A stretch of 64,000 bases of DNA from Octopus sinensis (taxonomy: Eukaryota), in contig NC_043011.1 in NCBI RefSeq assembly GCF_006345805.1, positions 51,844,464-51,908,463 on the forward strand, in the 5' to 3' direction. Shown one piece after another: positions 51,833-64,000 of the stretch. The notes below the pieces were generated by a model that saw nothing but the letters and a program-made list of their open reading frames with translations, was not told the DNA's origin and made no database searches. A program made the translations under genes and the position numbers. Numbering within the stretch: the first letter of the stretch is position 1; each line of letters starts with the position of its first letter.

Positions 51833-52700
51833 TAAACTGGCTGAATCATTAGCATGTTTAGTGGCATTTCTTCCAACTTTTTATGTTCTGAATTCAAATT
51901 CTGCCAAAATCAACTTTGCCTTTCATCCTTTCAGGTTCCATAAAATAGGTATCAATTGATTTGAGCATTGGAGTCGATATAATCGACTATCCCCACTCCC
52001 GCTAAAATTGTTGACCTTGTACCAAAATTAGAACCCATTATTGGAATGATGGATTGGCAGAATCATTAGAACATTGGAAATAATGCATTGTGGCATTTGT
52101 TACAGTTTTTTTATGTTCTACATTCAAATTCCACTGAGGTCAACTTTGTCTTTCATTCCTCTGGGGATTGATAAAATTTAGTATAAATGAAGTACCAGAG
52201 TTGATGGTTTCAGCTAACCCTTCCCTTAGAATTGCTGGCATTGTGCCTATGTCAGAAACAGTTAAAAGCATGGATTGACAGAAACATTAGAGCATCAGAA
52301 ATAATGCATTGCAGTATGTGTTTCAGCTCTTTTGAGTTCAAATCCTGCTGCAGTCAACTTTGTCTTTCATCATTCTAGGAGTCAATGAAATAAAGTATGA
52401 GTCTAGTACTGGAGTTGATGGCTTCATCTATCCAACTCCCTCAAAATTGCTGGCCTTGTACCTAAATCAGAAACAATTGTTATTAATTTCTTTAAGGCTG
52501 CAACCTAGCAGAATTGTTAGCATGCTAAATAATGTGCTTAGTGCCATTTCTTCTGGCTCTTTATGTCCTGAGTTCAAATTCTGTCAAAGACAATTTTGGT
52601 TTTCATCCTTTCAAAGTCATTAAAACAAGTACCAGAACTGAGGTTGTTTACATCAACTGATTCCCTCTCCCTAAAATAGTTGACTTTGTGCCAAAATTTG
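51833..52700 (+). mobile_element. Head-to-tail array of four family-B-type SINEs
   Basis: Units begin at about 51833, 52050, 52270 and 52495, directly after a long (TAT)n tract (51722-51828). Confidence 0.8.
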
Positions 52701-52783
52701 AAAAAGTTTTTATCTTTTAGATTAACACAAGGCAACAAATTTCTGTGGAAGGGAAAGTGTAGTTTATGTCAGTCTTAAAACTC

Positions 52784-52975
52784 GTCATCATCATCATCAT
52801 TTAACGTCTGTTTTCCATACTAGTATGGGTTGGACGATTCGACCTGAGTCTGGGAAGCCAGGAGGCTGCACCAGGCTCGAGTCTGATCTGGCAGTGTTTC
52901 TACAGCTGGATGCCCTTCCTAATGCTAACCACTCCATGAGTGTAGTGGGTGCCTTTTACGTGCCACCGGCACAGG
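52784..52975 (-). mobile_element. RTE 3' end
   Basis: (CAT)n tail plus the conserved RTE 3' UTR. Confidence 0.85.
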
Positions 52976-54239
52976 TATCACAACGACAATTTCCATTTGA
53001 TTTTTATTTTGATGTACTTGACTCAATAGATCTCCTCAAGCACAGCAGGTCACCCTACGATCCAAGATAAGCACAGCAGGCCATCCTGCAAGCCATGAAC
53101 TCACTTCATTTGTCGGGTCTTTGCAGTCACAGCATATCTCCAGAAGTCTCGGTCTTTCGTCATTGCCTCTGTGAGGCATGTTTTTTAATTGACCTCATAA
53201 AAATGAAACAAAAGTCAATCTTGGCAAGATTTGAACTCAGAATGTAAAAGAGCAACAACACAATACAGTATTTTGTTCACAACACTACCAATTCTATCAA
53301 ATAATGATAATAATAACCCATACAAACATGAAATAAATGGATATGAAAACAAATGATTGAATATATCTGTTATTGTTATCAACTCTTATTGAACACACTT
53401 TTGACCAAAGACAATCCAACCATGACCATCTCCTCATTTTAGCTGTAACTAGTACTATGGTATCCTCTGTGGCCTTTATGTTAGTGGAAGTTTTGTATGA
53501 TGAAGTGTTGGCTGCTATTTCTAACAGATTAAATGACTATGTAGAGATTCCTGAATTTTAGTACATATATATGCATCTGTGTATATATGTATATTTATGT
53601 GTATGTATGTGTGCATTTATGTTTCTTTGTTGTGGTTTTACTTTTGATTTTCATTTAATCTTTGATGTTTTTTGTTTGTTTTTTTTCCTTTCTTTTTCTA
53701 TTTTCTCTTTTGTTTTTCTTTCAAGTTTCAGTTCCAACGGAATAAGTTTCGTTTCAGGTTCTGATATATGGTTTATCATGAAAAATCTATTTCTATTTTA
53801 TTTCCCCTACTGCAAAATATACATTATATCATTATATATCTAAAAACAGTCTTGTCTACACCACACCTGCCTCAGTTAGGACTGGCAGTTTATGTAGCCA
53901 TAAAACTTCCCAACACCATCACCAAACATGAATTTAAAATAAATATATATATATATACACATATATATATATATAAACCAAAAAACTAGATACAAAAGTT
54001 TACCCCACCCCACTCCATGCCACCAAATGGCTGAATGGCTACAAGTAACTAATGGTTCTTTGGTTGGTTTATTTTATATCACTGGAATTGCCAAAAATAC
54101 AATTGGAAAAAAAAAAATCAAGAAACTCTCTTTCTGCCTCCTTCCTCCTTGTTCCTGTATTATTTTGTTTCCAGCTATCTTAAATTGATTTGATAGGAAA
54201 GGTGAATAAATATATATACCCATACATGCACACATGTAT

Positions 54240-54272
54240 ATAAATACATACTCATATATATCTATACACACT

Positions 54273-54316
<44 letters not shown>

Positions 54317-54333
54317 ATATATATATATATATA

Positions 54334-54370
<37 letters not shown>

Positions 54371-54394
54371 GTGTGTGTGTGTGTGTGTGTGTTG

Positions 54395-54427
<33 letters not shown>

Positions 54428-55080
54428 ATATATATATATGTGTGTGTGTGTGTGTATATATATATATTGTGTGTGTGTGTGTGTTGTATATATATATATA
54501 ATATATATGTGTGTGTATATTATATATATATATGTGTGTGTGTGTATATATATGTGTGTGTGTGTATATATATATATGTGTGTGTTGTATATATATATAT
54601 ATATGTGTGTATATATATATATGTGTGTGTATATATATATATATGTGTGTGTGGTATATATATATATATATATGTGTGTGTGTGAGTGTGTGCATATGTA
54701 TGTAAATATACAAATATACTTGGTGGGTGTACATTTTTGGGAAGTAGTCTGTAAAGTCTCTCTGCATGCATGCATGTGTTAATGTGTCTAAGTTTGTACA
54801 TGTGTGTGCATGCACCTGCTCAAGTATATATGAATGTGTATATGCATCTATATTTCTAAATGCATATGGATGTATGTACATGTATATGAAAACATGTATG
54901 ATTAGATGTGTATATATATACACACACACATAATGTGTGTGTATACATGTGTGTTTATGCTTTTATGTCTATAGCTATATATATCTATATGTACAGGTAT
55001 ATGTGTATATATTTGTGTTGTGCTTATGTGGATGCATATGTGTCTGTGTATGTTTATATAAAATACATATGAATAAAGTC
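54240..55080. repeat. Large compound (TA)n/(TG)n microsatellite
   Basis: Read directly from the sequence; source of the 225-aa and other low-complexity ORFs. Confidence 0.95.
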
Positions 55081-56162
55081 ATGCTCCAGTATGGCCTTAG
55101 CTGTGATGCCTAAGAGAAAATGCAGATGTCTCTCCTTCCCATACAGATTTTGGAGCAAGCACTGCAGTAGTTTCAAGTTCAGAGAAACACCTCACTTCAG
55201 TATCTCTAAAAATCTGTGTGGACACTTGGTTTGTTAGAAATAGAAACTAAATCTCCCTGAAATTATACTTAGCCGTCTTAATAAAGAACACATTGCATAA
55301 TGTAATCTAGGATATGCTATGTGCAAACTGGACAGTTTGGTCATGGTGAGAACACTATTGATCAGGCAAACTTCAAGTTAAACCACAATGTTTCGACATT
55401 CAGCTGTTTCAGATCCTGAATGAAATTGCATTATTATAAGAGATGCCAATAATGGCAAAAAATATCAAATGCCCATATTCAGCAATTTCAAAACAAAAGA
55501 TGCAGTATGGCTGCAGCCCACTGACTGCAACCATTTTCAGAAAAAAACCGTTATCCCATTGTAAATACATGAAGTTCTTACATGTGTATGTATGCAAAAG
55601 TGTGTTTGCACACATATATCTACATGTGTAGCACAAGCGTATTTATGTGTGTACATACATATATAGATAGATAGACGTGTGTGTTACCCAGCTGCCTGAA
55701 TGGATCTATGAGCAATTATTTTAACCAGTTACCTCTCTCTCCAGTGGCAAGTTTATAAAGAAAAGAGGAAAAAAAAAAAATGAAAATCAATGAATAAATA
55801 AAGGTGATACTGTCTTGTTTTTATGAATTAGAGGGTAACATAATCTCTCCAAGAATTCAAGTATATTTCATATCCTGTTTTCCCATTGATAGATAATAGG
55901 TCTAAAGCTGAAAGTCTATTTTGAGTACTGGATTTGTAAACACCTATTCAATGATCCATTCATGTACAATTTTTTCATGTATTCTTTTTCTTCTCATGTT
56001 ACCACATTGACATCTAGTGGACAACAGGCTTTCACAACTGAACATGTTTTGGTGGGATTTTTTTTTTTTTTGCTATTGTTATTCTGGTGATCACAAACAA
56101 CAAAATTAGGTTGCTGTTTTTATCATGTATGTACTACACACACACACACACACACACATATA

Positions 56163-56377
56163 TCATCATCATCATCATTTAATGTCCATTTTCCATGCTG
56201 GCATGGGTTGGACGGTTTGACTGGAAGACTGATAAGCTGGGGAACTGCACCAGTTTCCAATCTGATTTGGCATGTTTTCTACAACTGGATGCCCTTCCTA
56301 ATGCCAACCACTCCAAAAATCTAGTAGGTACTTTTTACGAGCCACCAGCATGGGTGCCAGTTGCAAAACACTGGCAT

Positions 56378-56378
<1 letters not shown>
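56163..56378 (-). mobile_element. RTE 3' end
   Basis: (CAT)n tail plus the conserved RTE 3' UTR. Confidence 0.8.
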
Positions 56379-56432
<54 letters not shown>

Positions 56433-56438
56433 CATAGA

Positions 56439-56846
56439 GGTGCAGGAGTGGCTGTGTGGTAAGTAGCTTGTTTACCAACCACATGGTTCCAGGTTCAGTC
56501 CCACTGCGTGGCACTTTGGGCAAGTGTCTTCTACTATAGCCTCGGGCCGACCAAAGCCTTGTGAGTGGATTTGGTTGAAGGAAACTGAAAGAAGCCCATC
56601 ATATATATGTATATATATATATGCGTGTGTGTGTTTGTGCGTCTGTTTGTCTCCCTAGCATTGCTTGACAACCGATGCTGGTGTGTTTATATCCCCGTTA
56701 CTTAGCGGTTCGGCAAAAGAGACCGATAGAATAAGTACTAGGCTTACAAAAGAATAAGTCGAGTTGCTCGATTAAAGGCGGTGCTCCAGCATGGCCACAG
56801 TCAAATGACTGAAACAAGTAAAAGAGAGAGAGAGAGAGAGAGAGAG
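56439..56846 (+). mobile_element. Family A SINE, full length
   Basis: GGTGCAGGAGTGGCTGTGTGGTAAG...GGTTCAGTCCC...aaatgactgaaacaagtaaaagag(AG)n. Confidence 0.92.
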
Positions 56847-57319
56847 ACTTATGTATGCATGTATATACTTACAGGTATATGTATTTATTTATGTACTTAA
56901 AAACATATATATATATATATATATATGTATATACAGTTAGGTATATGTGTATATGTAGTTGGAGTGTAAGGTAGTTTGCAGAGGCTTGTAGCAGCAGGAA
57001 AAGCAGAGGTGAGTCAGTGGTATTGGTATTTTAGTGATAAATTGTGTTCTAGTTGTAACCATCCCGTTTTTTATTCAGACATAATATATCTTGGACTACA
57101 TTGTGCATTGTGTCCAGTCTTAAGATCATTGAAAGAAACTTGTTTATTATTTCTAGCAGGTGGTGTGATTCTGTTGAGGCGTCATCATTAGTTTGTTAAA
57201 CCACTAGTGTCTAAATTGGAAGACTAAATTTCCAGTAAATCTAGTTGTTACTGAGACTTGAGGCGATATAAGAGGTCATTGTTTACAACTGTTTGAAATA
57301 TTGTTGGTTCTGTTCAACT

Positions 57320-57510
57320 GTAGGTTAGCCCTGAACCAACAGACTTGTGATCAAATGTATTCCACCCATGGGCATCCCATCTTCTAAGAGTACATAAAAA
57401 TAAAATTACATAATGTATTTTTCTTTTTTTAAGAGGCTAAGATATAATTTGAGAGTCATTTGGCTCTATTTTTAGAAGGTTGAGCAACTATGCGGAGGCT
57501 CTCTTCTTGA
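57320..57510 (+). repeat. Representative of an old, unclassified dispersed repeat family
   Basis: The motif chain agacct(a/g)tgatcaaa..attcca..tgaccatc...ggctgctatttctagcagg..gaccac.tagag recurs at about 6-8, 10.8, 13.5-14, 22, 25.8, 27.4, 38, 41.7, 53.4 and 59.6 kb. Class not determined. Confidence 0.6.
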
Positions 57511-57674
57511 CTTTTTTATACATTATTGCTTTGTGAAATTCCATGTGGAACTAGGGTTTGAGAGTATAATGATCATGTATTGTGTGTGAAACAGAGAGAG
57601 AGAAAGTGGTGGAAGAGGAGAAGGAAAGACAGGTAAAATGATTTTAAGATATAAATGAAATAATTTTTGTAAAG

Positions 57675-59200
57675 ATCATCATCATCGTCATTTAATGTTT
57701 GCTTTCTATGCTGGCATGAGATGGACAGTTTGACTGATGGCTGGCAAGCCCGAAGGCTGCACCAGACTCCAATCCGATTTGGCAAAGTTTCTACAGCTGG
57801 ATGCCTTTCCTAATGCCAACCACTCTGAGAGTGTAATGGGTGCTTTTTACATGCTACCGGCATGAGGACCAGTCAGGTGGTACTGGCATCGACCATGCTT
57901 GAATGGTACTTTTTGCGTGCCACAAGCACGAGAGCCAATCAGACGGCACTGGCAACGAGCATGCTTGAATGGTACTTTTTACATGCCACTAGCACAGGAG
58001 CCAGTCAGGTGGCACTGGCAACGATCATGCTCGAATGGTGCTTTTTACATGCCACTGGCACGGGTACCATTCAGGCAGTACTGTCATCAGCCATGACACC
58101 ACTTCACTTACCTCAACAGGTCTTCGCAAGCACAGATTATTCCCCAATGATTGAAGAGTACTCTTAAATGGGTTGGTTATGCTGCACTGGCATAGGCCAC
58201 AGTTACGGTCTCACTTGGCTTGCTGGGTCTTCTCAAGTATAGCATATCTCCAAAGGTTTCAGTCACTTGTGATCGCTTCGGTGAGGCCTAACGTTCAAAG
58301 GTCGTGCTTCACCACTTCATCCCAGGTCTTCCTGGGTCTACCTCTTCCACAGATTTCCTCTACTGCTAGGGTGTGACACTTTTTCATGCAGCTGTCCTCA
58401 TCCATATGCAACACATGACCATACCAGCTCAGTCGTCTCTCTTGCCCACCACATTTGATGCTTCTTATGTTCAACTTTTCTCTCAGAGCACTTACACTTT
58501 GTTGTGTATGCACACTGACATTACATATCCAGCAGAGCAAACTAGCTTCATTCCTTGCAAACTTACACGTGTCCTCAGCAGTTATGGTCCATGTTTCACT
58601 GCCATGTAGCATGGCTGTTTGCACACATGCGTCATACAGTCTACCTTTTACTCTGAGTGAGAGGCCCTTTGTTACCAGCAGAGGTAAGAGCTCTCTGAAC
58701 TTTGCCCAGGCTATTCTTATTCTAGCAGCTACACTCTCAGAGCATTCACCACTGCTACTGACCTAGGTAACAGAAGCTATCAACTATTTCTAGTTTTTCT
58801 CCCTGGAATGTGATAGAAGCTGTTTTCTGCACATTTTCAGTGTTTATTGCCCCTGAGTATTTACCACACACAAAAACTATCTTCCCAGAAAGCCTTCCTT
58901 TAATATTGTTGCACCTTTTATGTGTCCATAACTTACACTGGGTACATCTTATGGAGTTTCTACCTACGTCTTTTCCACAGATCGAGCAGGGCCATCTACC
59001 TGAAGGGATTTGTGGTTTGTCTGCCTTCCTACTTATTAAGACTTTGTTTTTTGCTAGATTGACTCTATGGCCCTTCGATTCTAGACCTTGCTTCCATTCC
59101 TGAAACTTCTCTAGAGCAAGGTCATCAGCATAGAGAAGCTCTCAGGGGCATCCTGTCTTGAATTCCTCTGTTATTGCCTGGAGGACTATGATGAATTGGA
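57675..59200 (-). mobile_element. RTE-clade LINE, 5'-truncated (end of ORF2 plus 3' UTR)
   Basis: ORF 58295-58624 reads AMLHGSETW...LREKLNIRSI...RRLSWYGHV.HMDEDSCMKKC...GRGRPRKTWDEVVKHDL, typical of the RTE ORF2 C-terminus. An RT remnant lies upstream and a (GAT)n tail is present. Confidence 0.92.
57839..58085. repeat. 66-bp tandem repeat, about 3.7 copies, in the RTE 3' UTR
   Basis: Unit starts at 57839, 57905, 57971 and 58037. Confidence 0.85.
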
Positions 59201-60589
59201 ATTTTTATCTTGAAATTGGAATTTTTTTATCTTGAAATTGGAATTTTTATCTTGAAATATAGTGTGTGCAGGCACACACACTCTATCTATACAGCATGCA
59301 TATACTCACATACACTGAGATAAATTGTTTGTACAAACACATATGCACACAGCACAGTGTTGTGTGCTGTTTGAGAGTTGACATGAATTTAGATGGCATC
59401 AATGCAAGGGTTTGAACTAACGACCTTTCAGCAGTTCTCATGGGATAAACAAAATATTTATTAGGTGTTCTATTCTCCAATACATTATCTGTCTCCACAT
59501 CCCACAACCTTAGTGTCACAGACAAGCCAATAAAGTAGCCTCTATGTGGTTGCAGAGCCCGCTAGAAATAGCAACCAAATCTCCCTTAAAATATACCTGA
59601 GCATATCAAGAATGTGCACAATGGATGATGCAAACCTCACAACATTATGTCCGAAAATAACTGGAGTACCTTTGATCATGTGTCTACTAAGACACAGCTG
59701 ACCTGAGGTTAAACAGCAACACTATCATAGTGTGTATTTGTGTGAGTCGTTATTTAGCCCAGGTGAGTTTTAACTGTGCAGACATATGATCAAAAGCATT
59801 CCAGTCACGAACTTTTGTCTTTTTCGAGATATCTGTCTGGGATTGTATTGTCCACTGTGGCATCTTTTTTCTTTTTTTTTTTTTATGAAGATGGTAAGGT
59901 GTAATATGAGGAAATGTGACTGTGATTCTTAGCAAGTTAAATGATTGTATAGAAGCTCACAATTTCTTTGAATTTGTCATGGGTGTTTGAGAGAAGGATT
60001 ATGTATAATAATTTGCTATATCAGTGCCAAAAATCAATGCATTTTTTGTGATTGTTTCCTTTTCCTTTCCTCTTTTTTTTAATTTTTGCTTCATAATTTG
60101 AAGTTCATAATGAAACTGAGAGCCCCAGATGTATTTTATAAACTTAAAATATAATGAAATAACGTTTGAGTGGAAAATGCAAATGAAATTTGATTAAAAA
60201 GAAATGAAAATGTTTATCTATTCAAATTTCTGGTTTGGTGGGGTTTTTTAAAAATATTTTTTCTGTTTAATTTCATTTTATATTCATATTATTTTCTATT
60301 TTAGTTTTATAATATATATTTTTTTAACACTTAACTTTCCAATGATTCTATTTTTTTACTCTTTTTAACCATATTACCTTCAAATTTTGGGATTTAATAA
60401 AACATCTATAAACATTTGATAGTTTAAATTGAAACCTGGAATTAATAAATAAAGAAAATTATATCAAAATTAGGGGTTCTGAAACTGTTGCAACAGCATT
60501 CACCCACAAATTTGTGATGGCATTCTATTATAAATAATACTTGATGGACTTTGGGAGGGGTAGAAATCTCCCAACATTATCATCATCTT

Positions 60590-60995
60590 CATCATTCTAA
60601 TAATGTCCACTTTCCCATGCTTGCATGGGTCTGACAACGTTTATTGAGGCAGATTTTTTTTGCAGCCAGATGTCCTTCCTATCACCAGCCCTCACTCTGT
60701 TTTCGCACAAGATAAAATTTCCTTTGGCCAGACATGTTTTTGTAGAATTTTGGAAATGAATGACACTGCTTGTATGACAGTGAAATTTGTTTACAACTGT
60801 CCTGTGATGTCAAGACAAGGAGAAACAAACACACACACACACACACACACCAGATGGGCCTCTTTCAATTTCTGTCTATAAAGCCCATTCACAAAGCTTT
60901 GATCAGCTCAGGGCTATAGTAGAAGACACTTGCCAAAGGTGTCATGCAGTGGAACCAAATCTGAAACCATATGGTTAGGAAGCAAACCTCTTAAT
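60590..60995 (-). mobile_element. Composite SINE (family-A head plus RTE-like tail)
   Basis: Reverse-complement architecture of 41012-41395, with a (CAT)n-like tail. Confidence 0.7.
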
Positions 60996-61809
60996 ATCAC
61001 GTAAAAAGCTTATTTATAACCATTTACCTAAAATATAAATAGATGTATACATGAATGTATCCTGGTTTGTAGAATTGGTGTACTGTATCCTTGCAAGTCA
61101 TAAGAGGTAACTAAATGGGTTGGTATCAGGAAAAGCATCTGGTCTTAAAATACTGCATCAAAATGTCCTCGCTGCTTCATGCCAGCATAAAAAAAAGTAG
61201 CTGGAAAATGATAATGACAAGGATGGCATCTAAGTGATACTACAATAATGGGATTATGAAATAAATTTTGACATACTAAGCTAAAAAGTTCTCCTTCACT
61301 GTCCTGCTTCATAGTTTACCTATTAACAAACAATAGTCCAGGCCAATAAAGGATCCTTTACTGTGATTCAGCCAGCCAAATTTCACTCATACACAACTCA
61401 CTGCCTTTAAAAGGAAGAGTAGAAAGTCTGAGCTGAAATTAGCGCAATCAGGAGGACACAGAGCTAAACCACAACAATACCTCTTTTATCAATTTGTAGC
61501 ATCCCTATGGTTACATGTCTTGCTAGCAATAACAGTTAAATCTTCCTCAAATTACACTCTACCGGCTTTGAAAATACAAACGCATTTGATAATGTGGTAT
61601 TGACCGCACTGTGCCTGCTAAAAATAATTGTGATGATCACAGCTGGAATGATCTTGACCATTGGTCTGCTCGATCAGAGCTGACCTGGGGCTTAAACAAC
61701 AACAACAACAGCAGCTTGACTGTTCAAACATCTTTACTACATGTTTAACCATGAAGTATGTTGTGCTGTGTATCTTTTCAAACCATTTCTTCTTGTTTCT
61801 GCGTTTCAG

Positions 61810-61857
61810 ACGGAGAAAGATGAGGAAGGAGGCAAAGAGGAAGAAGAGTCTGAAGAA
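61810..61857 (+). CDS. Internal 48-nt exon, TEKDEEGGKEEEESEE in phase 0 (alternative frame RRKMRKEAKRKKSLK)
   Basis: Strong acceptor TTTCTTCTTGTTTCTGCGTTTCAG and strong donor GAA|GTGAGT; purine-rich; phase-compatible with exon 16244-16276. Confidence 0.75.
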
Positions 61858-61989
61858 GTGAGTAAATCTTTTTCATTATTTCTGACTTTGAAGATCTTAA
61901 TTGATGGAGAGGAATCTGTAGAAGTTGTCAGTCTTATCATCATGGTGGCAGCACTGTGAGACATAATTACTCTGTCTGGCTGTCAGTCG

Positions 61990-62900
61990 GTCTGTGTGTT
62001 TGTCTCGTGTGTGTGTGTGGTGTGTGTATGTGTATTTGTCTGTGGTGTATGTGTGTGTACTGTGTTAACATATCTATAGTATGTAGCTATATATTTCTAT
62101 ATGTATGTACTGTGAGAGAGAGGGAGAGAGAGTGTGTGTTTCTACTGTTAGTATATGTATGTGTGTGTACCATTTTTATATAGTATGTTTTTATTGTATA
62201 TACTGTGTGTGTATATCTATACATACGTGTCTGTGTGTGTGTATGTACCATGAATTATATGGTTTTTGGCTGTGAATATATGAATGTGTGTGTGTACCAT
62301 TGTTGTACCCTGTTTATAGTATCTACTGTGTGTACTGTGTCTGTGTATGTATATGTATGTATCCTGTGCATGTCTATGTGTTAGTGCGCATCTACTTTTA
62401 GCATCTGTGTGTACCACTTTTGTATTATATATGTATATTGTATTTACTTTGTTTATCTGTATGTGTGCATGTATGTATATGTCTGTTGTGTAGCTGTATG
62501 TATCAGTGAGTCCGTGTGGATTTGTCTTTATCTCTATTTTATGTTTGTGAATTATGTGTATTTCTGTATGACTGCGTATAACTCTGTCTGTATATGTGTG
62601 TGACTGTCTATCTGTATATGTGTGTGATTATATATCATATCTTTTTGTGTATAACATGTATGTGTATGGGTCTACATTTGTGTATCATGTATATGTGTGT
62701 GACTATCTATATTATTTTTGTGATTGTCACTGACTTTACACCTGCATATCATGTGGGTGTGTGTGACTCTTGCATGTGTATGATATCAGCCAGCATGTAT
62801 TGTATGTGACTGTGTATCATATCTGTTTTTGTGTGTGACTATATATCTATGCATTTTATCTGTATGTATTTTATATGTCTGTAGGTGGGTTTTTGTAGGT
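61990..62900 (+). repeat. Degenerate TG/TA-rich tract
   Basis: Read directly from the sequence. Confidence 0.85.
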
Positions 62901-63639
62901 GTACAATCAATGTGTTATTGTTGAACACCAGGCCAGGCCTAACACAAGAGACCTATGATTATTGATCACAAGCATAGATGTGTGGTTAAGAAGTTCACTT
63001 GAAAGTCATATGGTTCCAGGTTCAATCCTATTGCCCAATACCTGCATCATACACTAGGGATAACCAATGCCTGGTGAGTGAAATTTGGTAAACAAAAACA
63101 ATGTAGTAGCTCATTTTATATCTGCATGTATGTATATAGATATCAACATTGACAAGAAAACTGACAAATTGGTGCATTTGAACAAAAATACCTAGTGATA
63201 TTTACTTCTTCCAAGTTACACAGATACTCCCTTGAAACACTCACCTTTGGAAATGCATTAGAGAATAGCCAATGAAAATGAATCATCATCATTTAACGTC
63301 CGCTTTCCATGCTGGTATGGGTTAGACTGGAACTGGTAAGCCAGAGGGCTGAACTAGGTTCAGTGTGGTTAAGAAATTTGGTCTACATTCTTATGGTTTT
63401 TGGTTCAGGCCCTCTGTGTTGCACCTTGATCAAGTTTCTTTTACCCTAATCCTGGGTCGACCAAAGCCTTGTGAGTAGACAGAAACTGAAAACTCACCAT
63501 GTAAATAAGTGTGTGTTCACAATCTTTCTCCTTTTTTCTCCATCTGGGGTAGCCATGTCTTACTTCTAATGCACTTTTCTATCCCTCAGTACTACACCAT
63601 CCCCACTCCTATTTAAGGGGTCTTGTCCTGCAAGTTACT

Positions 63640-63796
63640 TGGTGACCTCACTGCTACTGGTGCCATGTAAAAAGCACCCACTACACTCTGTGAAGTGGTT
63701 GGCATTAGGAAGGGGATCCAGCTGTCAGAACTTGGTGTAGTCTTCTGAGTTGCCAGTTCCTTACAAAAACATACCAGTATGGAAAGTGGACGCTAA

Positions 63797-63834
<38 letters not shown>

Positions 63835-63835
63835 A
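63640..63835 (+). mobile_element. RTE 3' end with long (GAT)n tail
   Basis: aaaagcacccactacactc..gtggttggcattaggaaggg...ctaaatgatgatgat. Confidence 0.8.
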
Positions 63836-63853
63836 TACATATATATATATGTG

Positions 63854-63885
<32 letters not shown>

Positions 63886-64000
63886 ATCACCCGACAAGAT
63901 ACATCTGCACCAACGGATGCTCCTGAACCAGTTGTTGAGTGTTCCACCCAAGAGGAATCGATGCTAGATGTGTTGAAAGAATTGTGATTAATGATAAATT

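Noticed and set aside
54252-54929. 225-aa ORF and the many other [12 protein letters not shown] ORFs (5.2-5.7, 9.8-10.7, 30.4-30.8 and 62-62.8 kb)
   Set aside because: These are translations of dinucleotide microsatellites, which lack stop codons in several frames.
57839-58085. CRISPR-like periodic array and 22-aa periodic ORFs
   Set aside because: The whole 66-bp unit repeats with no unique spacers, it lies in a LINE 3' UTR of eukaryotic DNA, and there are no cas genes.
59194-59258. Short local tandem duplications (about 20 bp x3 here; also about 38830-38910, 44630-44700 and 22390-22470)
   Set aside because: Ordinary slippage or junction duplications with no further structure.
59283-59525. 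WD40-like string TLRLWDVET with a downstream GTGAGT donor on the minus strand
   Set aside because: There is no acceptor, the upstream part runs into a dispersed repeat, and the rest of the peptide is not WD40-like.

Overview
AT-rich, repeat-dense animal genomic DNA. The SINE/LINE families and the (TA)n/(TG)n/(CAT)n microsatellite load look like a coleoid cephalopod, most likely Octopus; this is pattern recognition and was not checked by search. There is no prokaryotic gene structure and no CRISPR array, and nearly all ORF-track entries are microsatellite or repeat artefacts. A CpG-retaining region (about 13.6-17.4 kb) holds a housekeeping-type promoter (2x ETS, E-box, YY1-like) that appears to drive divergent genes. 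On the + strand there is a probable first coding exon (MADTDSGQVEE, 16244-16276) and a clean 48-nt exon about 45 kb downstream (61810-61857). The - strand has only candidate exons. Neither gene could be identified. The rest of the window is transposon fossils: several tRNA-headed SINE families, an RTE LINE with many 3' fragments, an R4/Dong-like RLE fragment, a decayed Ty3/gypsy body, a young solo LTR, and piggyBac-like and hAT-like MITEs. The most unusual items are a TSD-flanked tRNA-headed SINE containing a hammerhead-ribozyme-like core (38291-38530), a 94-bp fold-back hairpin of LINE sequence (26981-27174), and a solo LTR carrying NRF1 and ETS motifs (48469-48900).
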